A stretch of 64,000 nucleotides of DNA from Clostridia bacterium (GCA_016293975.1 JAEDCW010000002.1:1038-65037), one strand, 5' to 3'; numbered from the stretch's first letter, positions 19,965 to 28,639 are shown. Made by a program: numbers and translations. Notes: a model not told the origin generated them from the letters alone.

Positions 19965-20983
19965 AGGAACTGACAGAGCTCAACGGTGTGAGCGGTAACG
20001 AGAAAGCCGTACGCAAGTATATTCGCACCCATTGCGAAGCCATTGCAGACGAGATGCGGACAGATACGATGGGCAACCTCATAGTCCATAAGAAGGGTGA
20101 CGGTCGTAAGATCATGATATGCGCCCATATGGACGAGGTCGGTATGATGGTTCGTGCGATAAAGGAAGACGGACTGCTTGCCTACAGTGCGGCGGGAATC
20201 GACCCAAGAGTAGTCTGCGGAAAACGCGTTGCGATAGGCCCGGACAAGATCGACGGTGTTATTGGCACGAAAGCGATACATTTGCAGAGCAAGAGCGAGT
20301 TCATGGCCGCATACAAGCACAACCAGATGTACATCGATATCGGTGCAAAGGACAAGGCGGATGCCGAGCGTTCGGTCAAGGTAGGCGATTATGTCGCATT
20401 TACGACCAAGTTCGAGGAGTTCGGCGAAGGTCTCATGAAGGCAAAGGCGCTCGACGACAGAGTAGGTTGCTGCATAGTAATGGATCTCCTCAAGAACAGT
20501 TACGACTGCGACCTGTATGCCGTGTTCACGGTACAGGAAGAGCTCGGACTCAGAGGTGCTACGAGCGCAGTTTACACAGTAAAACCCGATTTGGCACTTA
20601 TACTTGAGGGTACGACTGCAAACGACACGGCGAAGACAAAGGGCCACCAGTGGGTAACGAGAGTAGGCAAGGGCGCCGCACTGTCGTTCATGGATGGAGG
20701 AACGATCACCCGTCCTCAGATGCTCGATGAGCTAAAAGCCTGTGCGGATGATAACGGCATAAGCTGGCAGCTCCGTCAGGGCAACAGGGGCGGCACGGAT
20801 GCAGGTATTATCCACAAGTCGGTGGGCGGCGTTGTGACGGGCGGTATATCGCTCCCATGCAGATACATACACTCGCCCGTAAGCATCGCATCCATAAGTG
20901 ACTTTGAGAATTGCTATAAGCTTGCGGACAGATTCCTGGCCGAAAAACGCTTTGAAAAAGTTTTGACCGCTTTGGGAAAATAA
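19949..20983 (+). CDS. M42-family metallo-aminopeptidase, paralog 2
   Basis: Contains GVSGNE, ICAHMDEVGMMV, KALDDRVG, VQEELGLRGA and IHSPV. ATG 19949 follows GGGAGGAAAGG and overlaps the end of paralog 1 by 16 nt. Confidence 0.8.
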   Translation: MLGRLKELTELNGVSGNEKAVRKYIRTHCEAIADEMRTDTMGNLIVHKKGDGRKIMICAHMDEVGMMVRAIKEDGLLAYSAAGIDPRVVCGKRVAIGPDKIDGVIGTKAIHLQSKSEFMAAYKHNQMYIDIGAKDKADAERSVKVGDYVAFTTKFEEFGEGLMKAKALDDRVGCCIVMDLLKNSYDCDLYAVFTVQEELGLRGATSAVYTVKPDLALILEGTTANDTAKTKGHQWVTRVGKGAALSFMDGGTITRPQMLDELKACADDNGISWQLRQGNRGGTDAGIIHKSVGGVVTGGISLPCRYIHSPVSIASISDFENCYKLADRFLAEKRFEKVLTALGK

Positions 20984-20995
20984 GGAGGAGAAAAT

Positions 20996-21997
20996 ATGTT
21001 CACTGATATGCTCAAAGATTTTCTTAAGACCTACGGTGCAACAGGCCGTGAGGATAAGATTGCCGATACCATTAAAAACTATGTAGAGGCTAAGGCGGAC
21101 GAGGTTTATACCGACGTTATGGGCAACCTCATTGCAGTTAGACGCGGGATATCCGGTAAAAAGATAATGCTGTCCGCTCATATGGATCAGATTGGTCTTA
21201 TTGTAATAGATATAGATGATAGAGGTTTCCTGCGTGTTTCAAACGTTGGCGGTGTAAACCCTGTTGTCACAGTTGCACGCGAGGTCGTGTTTGAGAACGG
21301 CGTACGTGGCGTAACATACTGCGAAACAGAGAAGTCGGGCGTAGGCGAAGCTACGATTGCAAAGCTCTTTGTAGATATAGGCGCCACGACATACGAAGAA
21401 GCTGCTGCCAAGGTAGGCATAGGCGATATCTGTGTATACGTTACAAACTTTGTTGAGTTGGGCAACCGCTTTGCCTGCGGCGCACTCGACGACAGAGTAT
21501 GCTGCGCGGTAGTAGCCGAAGCATTCAATACAGCCGTCTCGGATCACGACATCTATGCGGTATTTACCGTACAGGAAGAAGTTGGCCTCAGGGGCGCAAC
21601 TACAGCCGCGTATGCAATTTCACCCGATTTTGCCATTAACCTCGATGTAACGCTCACAGGCGACATACCGGAATGTGCAAGAATGTCCGTTAAGCTCGGC
21701 GCAGGTCCGACAATCAAGGTAATGGACTCCTCTGCAATCATCCCCACGTTTGTACGCAGGTACATGGAGGATGTTGCCAAGAAGAATAACATCAAAGTGC
21801 AGAACGAGGTGCTTCGTGGGGGAGGTACGGATGCAGGTGCAGTTTTAAAGACAAAGGGTGGAATTCCCGCTTGCTGTATATCCATCCCTACGCGATACGT
21901 GCATTCGCCGGTAGAGATGGCGGATATTGACGACTGCCACAATGCTGTCAAGTTCGTAAATGCAATGCTGGCTGAGCGGGAGCTCCCAAGATTCTAG
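20996..21997 (+). CDS. M42-family metallo-aminopeptidase, paralog 3
   Basis: Contains GATGRE, LSAHMDQIGLIV, GALDDRVC, VQEEVGLRGA and VHSPVE. AAGGAGGAG lies upstream of the ATG. Confidence 0.8.
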   Translation: MFTDMLKDFLKTYGATGREDKIADTIKNYVEAKADEVYTDVMGNLIAVRRGISGKKIMLSAHMDQIGLIVIDIDDRGFLRVSNVGGVNPVVTVAREVVFENGVRGVTYCETEKSGVGEATIAKLFVDIGATTYEEAAAKVGIGDICVYVTNFVELGNRFACGALDDRVCCAVVAEAFNTAVSDHDIYAVFTVQEEVGLRGATTAAYAISPDFAINLDVTLTGDIPECARMSVKLGAGPTIKVMDSSAIIPTFVRRYMEDVAKKNNIKVQNEVLRGGGTDAGAVLKTKGGIPACCISIPTRYVHSPVEMADIDDCHNAVKFVNAMLAERELPRF

Positions 21998-22012
21998 CAA
22001 AACGTGATTGTG

Positions 22013-22039
22013 CCGCCGGTTCAGCCGGCGGTATTTTTT
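22013..22039 (+). terminator. intrinsic terminator after the third M42 gene
   Basis: CCGCCGG-ttcag-CCGGCGG followed by TATTTTTT. Confidence 0.75.
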
Positions 22040-22049
22040 GTAAAACGAA

Positions 22050-22072
22050 AACCACTCGCTGGGCGAGTGGTT
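22050..22072 (+). repeat. perfect 10-bp-stem hairpin (IS200 left-end-type palindrome)
   Basis: AACCACTCGC-tgg-GCGAGTGGTT. The arm ends AACCAC/GTGGTT recur in the hairpin at 58212-58234. Confidence 0.7.
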
Positions 22073-22176
22073 CAGGGAAGCTTAAGCGATGAGAATAACA
22101 GAAGAACTCTCTTTGTTTTAGAATAAAGCTGCGGTTTGCTAACTGCAGGAAGAAAAAACAAATGGAGGACATTCAA

Positions 22177-22633
22177 ATGGGATTGAATGACATCAACAGT
22201 TTATCGCACACAAAATGGAGTTGCAAAAAAACATATCGTATTTGCCCGAAGTATCGAAGGAAGGTGTTTTATGAAGAGGAGAGAGGCGATAGGGAAAATA
22301 CTGAGACAGCTATGCGAATGGAAAGGGGTAAAGATAGTAGAGGCAGAAGTATGTCCGGATCATATCCACATGCTGGTATAGATACCACCAAAGATAGCGG
22401 TATCAAGCTTTATGATATACCTAAAAGGGAAAAGCAGTACGATGCTGTATGAGCAATTCGGCGAGTTGAAGTAGAAGTATTGGAGCAGAAAATTCTGGTG
22501 TAGAGGATATTATGTAGATACAACAGTAAAAGCACGAGCCGAATTGCAGAATACATAAAAACGGCTGAAGGAAGATGAACTGGATGAACAAATGGTAATG
22601 AGCCCCAATGGCCCGTTTACGGGCAGCAATTAA
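22177..22633 (+). pseudogene. tnpA: IS200-type HUH/Y1 transposase (tnpA) pseudogene
   Basis: TnpA-like peptides are spread over two frames: SLSHTKWSCKK, KHIVFA, PKYRRKVFY, and ILRQLCEWKGVKIVEAEVCPDHIHMLV. In-frame stops follow: TAG at 22379-22381 right after the HUH motif, and further stops after FGELK and in the C-terminal part (..FWCRGYYVDT.., ..PFTG..). Confidence 0.85.
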
Positions 22634-22712
22634 CAATCCTAGCGCAGTTGACGGATCGTCTCACGCGTTTACGCGTCACACGAAGAACAGCGAGCTTTGC
22701 ACGCATCTGAAA

Positions 22713-22743
22713 CTCCCCTGACTTCGCCGGGGGAGCGTTTTTT
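22713..22743 (+). terminator. hairpin plus T-run at the right end of IS200 relic 1
   Basis: CTCCCC (22713-22718) pairs with GGGGAG (22730-22735), followed by CGTTTTTT. Confidence 0.55.
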
Positions 22744-22754
22744 ATGAAAATAGA

Positions 22755-22802
22755 TTGACATTAAACTGTTACAGTGTTATATTGATTGACGTTAAACTGT
22801 TA
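22755..22802 (+). promoter_or_regulatory. marR promoter with two repeated operator-like sites
   Basis: TTGACA (22755-22760), 17 nt spacer, TATATT (22778-22783). The direct repeat TTGAC(A/G)TTAAACTGTTA occurs at 22755-22771 and 22786-22802. Each copy contains a short palindrome (ACTGT-T-ACAGT and ACTGTT-A-AACAGT). Confidence 0.6.
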
Positions 22803-22829
22803 AACAGTAAACAGAAAAAGGAGGAGATT

Positions 22830-23330
22830 ATGGAGGATATCAGGTTAAAGGCCGGCTATAAACTGTCGCGCTTGGAGCTTGTAAGAAGAATACTGTTCAG
22901 GAGTATGCTTCGAGGCGAGCACCTGCATCACAGACAGATGCCCATACTCGTCTATATCGTACAGCATGAGGGCTGTACACAGGCGGAAATAGCCGAAGCG
23001 CTGAGCGTTACGCCTTCATCGATCGCCACGTCGACAAAGAGACTACAGAATGCGGGACTTATCACAAAACGCGTTGATGAGACGAATCTCAGATGCAACT
23101 GTATAAGCGCAACCGAAAAGGGCAAGCAGGTCGAGGAAAGGGCGAGGACAAAGCATCGGGATCTCGTATGTAAGCTGTTTGAAGGCTTTAATGAGGAGGA
23201 AATCGAGAGCCTAACTTTGATGCTAGACAGGATGATTGCGAACATATCGGATGAGAGCACGGAGACATTGCGCTTTCATCAGTTGGTGGAGATGAACGAC
23301 AGATTGGATGTGGAGGACAACGAGGAATGA
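22830..23330 (+). CDS. MarR-family transcriptional regulator
   Basis: Winged-HTH segment QMPILVYIVQHEGCTQAEIAEALSVTPSSIATSTKRLQNAGLITKRVDETNLR. The start at ATG 22830 follows AAAGGAGGAG. The stop overlaps the ABC gene start (ATGA). Confidence 0.85.
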   Translation: MEDIRLKAGYKLSRLELVRRILFRSMLRGEHLHHRQMPILVYIVQHEGCTQAEIAEALSVTPSSIATSTKRLQNAGLITKRVDETNLRCNCISATEKGKQVEERARTKHRDLVCKLFEGFNEEEIESLTLMLDRMIANISDESTETLRFHQLVEMNDRLDVEDNEE

Positions 23331-25057
23331 TAAAACAACTTATCAAATATGCAAAGGGATACGGCGTTAGAGCTGTTTTTGCCTCTCTTGCGATAATCGT
23401 AGAGGTATTGCTGGAGGTTTTCATACCGTTCGTAATGAAGGACGTAATAAACCAGGGCATACTAGGTGACGCGGGAATGACGATAGTCATACAGAAGGGC
23501 CTTTTGATGGTAGGACTTGCTTTAGCATCGCTCTTTTTCGGTGTTTTGAGTGCAAGGCTTTCCGTCGTCGCAAGTGCGGGATTTGCGAAGAATCTGCGAC
23601 AGGCGATATTCTATAAGATACAGGATTTTTCTTTTGCAAACATCGACCGTTTCAGCAGTGCTTCGCTCATCACGAGATCGACTACAGACGTCACCAATTT
23701 GCAAATGGCATTCATGATGGGAGTAAGAATGCTTGTGCGAGCTCCTGTAATGCTCGTTGCGGCGACCATAATGGCGATAAAAATCAGCTCCGATATGGGT
23801 ATAGTGTTTGCGTTCGGTTTGCCGGTGCTTTCGATAACGATGGTAATCATAAGTGTCACTGCATTCCCACGCTTTAAAACCATGTTTACCAAGTATGACA
23901 ACATGAACGCGAGGGTCCAGGAGAACCTTATAGGTATGCGCGTTGTTAAGGCGTATGTAAGGGAAGGTCACGAGGAAAAGATATTCGACGATGCTGCTCA
24001 GGGGGTTATGGACGCACAGGTGAGAGCGGAGAAGATAGTTATATGGAATATGCCTGTGGCGAACTTCACGCTGTACGCCTGCATGATTGCCACTTGCTAC
24101 ATAGGCGGTCAGAACATACTCGCAGGCTCGATGCTTACAGGCGACCTGATGAGCTTCATAAGCTATATCGCACAAATCCTGTCATCGATAATGATGATAA
24201 CGATGATATTCATTAACTTCGTAATGTCGAGGGCGTCAGCGTCCCGCGTAATCGAGGTATTGAATGAAAAGATCGACATAACGGATTCTGAGGCAGATCG
24301 TGACCTTAAGGTGGAGGACGGCTCGATCGAGTTCGATAACGTATCGTTCAGCTACGCCAAGGACGGAAACAACCTCACGCTTAAAAACATAAATCTGTCG
24401 ATAAAATCGGGCGAAACTATCGGCATTATCGGTGGTACGGGAAGCGCTAAGTCTAGCCTTGTACAGCTTATACCGAGGCTCTACGACGTATATGACGGAA
24501 GTATCAAGGTAGGCGGACACGATGTGCGCGAGTATACGCTCGAAAACCTCAGAGACGGCATATCGATGGTGCTTCAGAAGAATGTGCTTTTCAGCGGTAC
24601 TATTAAGGATAACCTTCGCTGGGGAGATAACGACGCGAGTGACGAAGAGATACGCGAGGCGTGCAAATCGGCACAGGCAGACAACTTTATTACAAGTTTC
24701 CCGGACAGATACGATACAGAGCTTGGTCAGGGTGGCGTAAATGTATCTGGAGGACAGAAGCAGAGGCTGTGTATCGCTCGTGCGCTGCTCAAAAAACCGA
24801 AGGTAATGATACTCGACGATAGCACGAGCGCTGTCGATACTGCCACCGATGCGCGCATAAGAGAAGAGTTCAAGAAGCATCACGGCGGTACGACGACGAT
24901 AATTATTGCTCAACGTATAAGCTCTGTAATCGATGCCGACAGGATAATCGTTATGAACGACGGTGAGATAGACGGCATAGGCACTCATAGAGAGCTTATG
25001 GAAAGCAACGAGATCTATAGACAGGTCTATAATTCTCAGCAGAAGGGGGTAGCATAA
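23327..25057 (+). CDS. ABC exporter permease/ATPase subunit (degenerate-site half of a heterodimeric exporter)
   Basis: A six-TM exporter domain plus an NBD. Walker A is GGTGSAKSS, the signature is VSGGQKQR, and Walker B is MILDDSTSAVD, with Asp where the catalytic Glu normally sits. Confidence 0.88.
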   Translation: MIKQLIKYAKGYGVRAVFASLAIIVEVLLEVFIPFVMKDVINQGILGDAGMTIVIQKGLLMVGLALASLFFGVLSARLSVVASAGFAKNLRQAIFYKIQDFSFANIDRFSSASLITRSTTDVTNLQMAFMMGVRMLVRAPVMLVAATIMAIKISSDMGIVFAFGLPVLSITMVIISVTAFPRFKTMFTKYDNMNARVQENLIGMRVVKAYVREGHEEKIFDDAAQGVMDAQVRAEKIVIWNMPVANFTLYACMIATCYIGGQNILAGSMLTGDLMSFISYIAQILSSIMMITMIFINFVMSRASASRVIEVLNEKIDITDSEADRDLKVEDGSIEFDNVSFSYAKDGNNLTLKNINLSIKSGETIGIIGGTGSAKSSLVQLIPRLYDVYDGSIKVGGHDVREYTLENLRDGISMVLQKNVLFSGTIKDNLRWGDNDASDEEIREACKSAQADNFITSFPDRYDTELGQGGVNVSGGQKQRLCIARALLKKPKVMILDDSTSAVDTATDARIREEFKKHHGGTTTIIIAQRISSVIDADRIIVMNDGEIDGIGTHRELMESNEIYRQVYNSQQKGVA

Positions 25058-25058
25058 T

Positions 25059-26990
25059 ATGGCAGGAAAAAACCATGATAGACGCCAGTCCGGCCAAGAA
25101 GGGCGCGATGCAAACCGCTTCAGACGGCCTAAGAACACTAAGAAAACACTTGGCAGGATGATGTCGTATTTGGGCAAGTACAAGTTTAGATTGATTCTGG
25201 TGGTACTGGGAATAGCACTTAGCGCCGGCTCGAACGTACTGGGAACCTACATGCTCAAGCCCATAGTAAATACGCTTGAAGAGATGGTCAGGATGATAGG
25301 TACGGATGCATCATATGTACCGCAGATATCTGCGATAGTGAAGTATCTGGTGATAATGGGTGCCGGCTATCTCGTGGGCATTTTGGGATTGTACATGTAC
25401 AATCGCATTATGGTAACGATATCCACAGATACGCTCTACAGACTCCGCAAAGATATGTTCGAGCGTATGCAGAAATTGCCAATAAAGTTCTTTGACACGA
25501 GAACAAACGGCGAGATTATGAGCCGCTATACGAACGATATAGATGCAATGCGAGAGATGATAAGCCAGGGCATACCTCAGCTAATCAACTCGAGCATTAG
25601 GCTCATAGCAGTATTCGCAATGATGATAGTAATAAGCCCTCTGCTTACTCTCATTACGGTAGCGGTGTTGGCGATTATGCTTCTCGTCGTGAGAACACTC
25701 ACCGCAAAGAGCAAGTTCTTCTTCTCAAAACGCCAAAAGGCAATAGGTCAGATGAACGGCTACATCGAGGAGATGACCGAGGGACAGAAAGTAGTAAAGG
25801 TATTCTGTCACGAAGACGAGGTAAAGACCGGTTTTGACGTAATAAACAAAGAGGTAATGGATACAACTGTATCCGCGAACACATGGTCGTCTATACTTAT
25901 GCCTATAATGGGCAACCTGTCCCATTTGCATTATGCGATAACCGCAACAGCAGGTGCGGCTATGGCGATAGGAGGGCTAATCGATATAGGTTCGCTCGCG
26001 TCATTCCTGCAGTATAGCAGAAACTTCTCCATGCCCATTACACAGCTTTCACAGCAGTTTACTTCAGCTATGAGCGCACTTGCAGGTGCAGAGCGAGTAT
26101 TTGAGATAATGGATACCGAACCTGAGGTGGATGAAGGCGACGTAACGCTCACATACGCCTGTAGAAATGCTAATGGCGAGCTCATGGAATCCGACCACAA
26201 GACGGGTATTTGGGCGTGGCGCGTTCCCGAAGAGAATGGTGTCAAATTGATCGAATGCAGGGGAGCGGTAAATGTCAACGAAGTTACATTCAGCTATGAC
26301 GGCGAGAAGACCGTACTCCACAACGTATCGTTCTATGCAAAACCGGGACAGAAGATAGCCCTCGTAGGTTCAACGGGTGCCGGCAAGACCACGATAACGA
26401 ACCTGATAAACAGGTTTTACGATGTGCAGGAGGGAGAGATACTCTACGACTCTATTCCGATAAAGCGTATCAGAAAGAGTGAGCTCAGGCGTTCCATGTC
26501 GATGGTTTTACAGGACACGCATCTGTTTACGGGGAGCGTAATGGAGAATATTCGATATGGCAGACTCGATGCGACCGATGAGGAAGTCATAGCCGCCGCA
26601 AAACTTGCAAACGCGGATTTCTTTATCACCCACCTTCCACAGGGCTATAACACGGTGCTTACCGCAGACGGTGCAAACCTCAGCCAGGGTCAGAAACAGC
26701 TGCTTGCAATTGCCAGGGCAGCGGTAGCAGACCCGCCCGTGTTGGTGCTCGACGAGGCGACAAGTTCGATCGATACGAGAACAGAGCTACTTATCGAACG
26801 CGGCATGGACAGTCTTATGCAGGACAGAACGGTATTCGTAATCGCACATAGACTCTCGACGGTCAGAAATGCAGATGCGATTATGGTGCTTGAAAACGGC
26901 GAGATAATTGAGCGCGGAGACCATGACTCTCTGCTTGGGCAGAAGGGCAAATACTATCAGCTTTACACGGGTATGTTTGAACTTAACTGA
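25059..26990 (+). CDS. ABC exporter permease/ATPase subunit (consensus-site half of a heterodimeric exporter)
   Basis: A six-TM domain plus an NBD. Walker A GSTGAGKTT is canonical and Walker B VLVLDEATSSID keeps the Glu. The signature is the deviant LSQGQKQL. Confidence 0.88.
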   Translation: MAGKNHDRRQSGQEGRDANRFRRPKNTKKTLGRMMSYLGKYKFRLILVVLGIALSAGSNVLGTYMLKPIVNTLEEMVRMIGTDASYVPQISAIVKYLVIMGAGYLVGILGLYMYNRIMVTISTDTLYRLRKDMFERMQKLPIKFFDTRTNGEIMSRYTNDIDAMREMISQGIPQLINSSIRLIAVFAMMIVISPLLTLITVAVLAIMLLVVRTLTAKSKFFFSKRQKAIGQMNGYIEEMTEGQKVVKVFCHEDEVKTGFDVINKEVMDTTVSANTWSSILMPIMGNLSHLHYAITATAGAAMAIGGLIDIGSLASFLQYSRNFSMPITQLSQQFTSAMSALAGAERVFEIMDTEPEVDEGDVTLTYACRNANGELMESDHKTGIWAWRVPEENGVKLIECRGAVNVNEVTFSYDGEKTVLHNVSFYAKPGQKIALVGSTGAGKTTITNLINRFYDVQEGEILYDSIPIKRIRKSELRRSMSMVLQDTHLFTGSVMENIRYGRLDATDEEVIAAAKLANADFFITHLPQGYNTVLTADGANLSQGQKQLLAIARAAVADPPVLVLDEATSSIDTRTELLIERGMDSLMQDRTVFVIAHRLSTVRNADAIMVLENGEIIERGDHDSLLGQKGKYYQLYTGMFELN

Positions 26991-27001
26991 GAAAACAAAT
27001 G

Positions 27002-27037
27002 AAAACGGGCGTCTGAGAAAATCGGATCTCCGTTTTT
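27002..27037 (+). terminator. weak intrinsic terminator after the ABC exporter genes
   Basis: AAAACGG...GAGA-loop-TCTC-CGTTTTT. The stem is imperfect with an internal bulge. Confidence 0.4.
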
Positions 27038-27090
27038 CTTACGATATGGGTATATGAGGGATTATTGTTCCCTATTAATTGATGGCGTTG

Positions 27091-27125
27091 ACAGTATTGT
27101 TTCAAGCAAAGGGAAACAATACTGT
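27091..27125. repeat. perfect 13-bp inverted repeat with 9-nt spacer in the ABC-ctp intergenic region
   Basis: ACAGTATTGTTTC (27091-27103), spacer aagcaaagg, GAAACAATACTGT (27113-27125). The upstream segment ATTGTTCCCT (about 27064-27073) could pair with part of the right arm as an alternative. Confidence 0.8.
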
Positions 27126-27260
27126 ATTTATATTCACATTGCTCCATTTGGTAACTTCAGACAAATGTTTGGCGATCGCGCTTTAGACACATATTTTTGT
27201 AACATCGATATGTTTTGGCAGGGATACTGACGGATTATAATACAAGTACATACAGGTCAT

Positions 27261-27289
27261 TTGACTAAAACAGCCAAAATTGCTATAAT
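27261..27289 (+). promoter_or_regulatory. sigma-A-type promoter for the ctp peptidase gene
   Basis: TTGACT (27261-27266), 17 nt spacer, TATAAT (27284-27289). Confidence 0.6.
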
Positions 27290-27337
27290 GCACTAAATTT
27301 AATCTATGCGGCATTGTCTGCACAGGAGGAGAACTCA

Positions 27338-28591
27338 ATGAAACTCAGCAAACGCAGAGTCATCTACTTGATTGCCATAGTGCTTATAACGGCTATGCTT
27401 TCAGCTACGGTGACCATATTGATAACTAACGCGACAAAGGAGAACGAAGTTGTTCTGTCGGTCGAGGAGTACGAGGCACTGAAGGAAGCCGACATGATAA
27501 ACGAGATTATGGACAGGGTAAGCCAACTGTTTATAGGTGAAGTCCCGACACGTGAGGAGCTTTTGTCGGCTGCGGCTAACGGAATACTTACAGGCATAGG
27601 CGACGAGTACGCTCAGTATTTTACTAAGGCAGAATACGAGGAGTACCTCAGCAAGTTGAACGGCGAATACAGCGGCCTTGGAATACTGGTATCACAGCTC
27701 GACGAGAAGGGAATGGAGATTCTCGATGTATACGAGGGTAATCCGGCGGCAAACGCAGGAGTACAGATCGGCGATTATATAACCGCGGTCGACGGAGAAT
27801 CGGTGTTTGAACATACGCATGAAGAGGTTACGACTGCACTTGATGGCGAAGTAGGGAGCACAGTTAAGCTCACGATACTTAGAACAGACGGCGATGGGCA
27901 GGAGACGCTCGATATAGAAGTCACGAGAGATGTTGTAAACATAAAGAGGGTGTACTCATCACTGTACAACGAGCGCACCGGTTATATAAGGATAACGACG
28001 TTCTCACAGAATAGCGTCACCGAATTCGAGGAGGCGATAAGGAATCTTAAGGAGAGGGGTATGAAATCCCTCGTAATAGACCTTAGGGACAATCCCGGTG
28101 GCAATCTCAATGCCGTAGTGGATATAGCTGATATGCTTTTACCGGCGTGCGACATAGTGACAGTAGAAGGGAAGACCGAGGAAAATGGGCACGTCTACAA
28201 ATCCGACGGCACGAGTTTGGGCGTTCCGATTGCGGTTATAGTGAACGAGAACTCAGCCTCTGCAAGCGAAATACTCGCCGCGGCGATACAGGAGAACGAT
28301 GCGGGAATCGTAGTCGGCACACAGACATACGGCAAGGGCGTCGTGCAGACGTTCATATCCGTAGATTCGAGTCAGGGCTGGCTTAAGCTCACTACCGACC
28401 AGTATCTCACTCCAAATGGCAACGACATACACAAGGTGGGAGTTACCCCGGATATAGTTGTGGAACTTCCCGATGTACTCAAAGGGCTTAGCATGACCGC
28501 GATTGCAAAGGACTATCAGGCAGAGGATACACAGCTCTGGGCAGCATTGGATTATGTGCGTGAGAAAGCAAGTCAGAATGTAGGACAGTGA
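27338..28591 (+). CDS. S41-family C-terminal processing peptidase (CtpA/CtpB-like) with PDZ domain
   Basis: N-terminal signal-anchor and a PDZ-like segment (GLGILVSQ...GDYITAVDG). Catalytic region LRDNPGGNL, ENSASASEILA (Ser) and QTYGKGVVQ (Lys). The start at ATG 27338 follows AGGAGGAG. Confidence 0.85.
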   Translation: MKLSKRRVIYLIAIVLITAMLSATVTILITNATKENEVVLSVEEYEALKEADMINEIMDRVSQLFIGEVPTREELLSAAANGILTGIGDEYAQYFTKAEYEEYLSKLNGEYSGLGILVSQLDEKGMEILDVYEGNPAANAGVQIGDYITAVDGESVFEHTHEEVTTALDGEVGSTVKLTILRTDGDGQETLDIEVTRDVVNIKRVYSSLYNERTGYIRITTFSQNSVTEFEEAIRNLKERGMKSLVIDLRDNPGGNLNAVVDIADMLLPACDIVTVEGKTEENGHVYKSDGTSLGVPIAVIVNENSASASEILAAAIQENDAGIVVGTQTYGKGVVQTFISVDSSQGWLKLTTDQYLTPNGNDIHKVGVTPDIVVELPDVLKGLSMTAIAKDYQAEDTQLWAALDYVREKASQNVGQ

Positions 28592-28611
28592 TAAAACTTC
28601 AATAGATATCG

Positions 28612-28639
28612 AAAAGGGGTGTTAGCACACCTCTTTTTT
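28612..28639. terminator. bidirectional terminator between the ctp gene and spoIIID
   Basis: AAAAGGGGTGT-tagc-ACACCTCTTTTTT (one G-U pair), with an A-run 5' and a T-run 3'. Confidence 0.65.

Larger units (their letters stand above)
22050..22743 (+). mobile_element. decayed IS200/IS605-family insertion sequence, copy 1 (left-end hairpin, tnpA relic, right-end hairpin)
   Basis: A 5' perfect hairpin AACCACTCGC-tgg-GCGAGTGGTT (22050-22072) is followed by a broken IS200-type tnpA (22177-22633). A 3' hairpin CTCCCC..GGGGAG plus T-run lies at 22713-22743. Confidence 0.75.

Noticed and set aside
19739-20647. A 302-aa ORF antisense to M42 paralog 2. Similar long antisense ORFs occur at 24236-25183, 23522-24175, 37055-37939, 45229-45876, 54703-55470 and 4106-4723.
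   Set aside because: Each lies entirely inside, and opposite to, a gene with unmistakable family motifs. Their translations are Cys/Arg/His-rich with no recognisable domains and no SD-linked starts. They are typical stop-poor antisense frames rather than genes.
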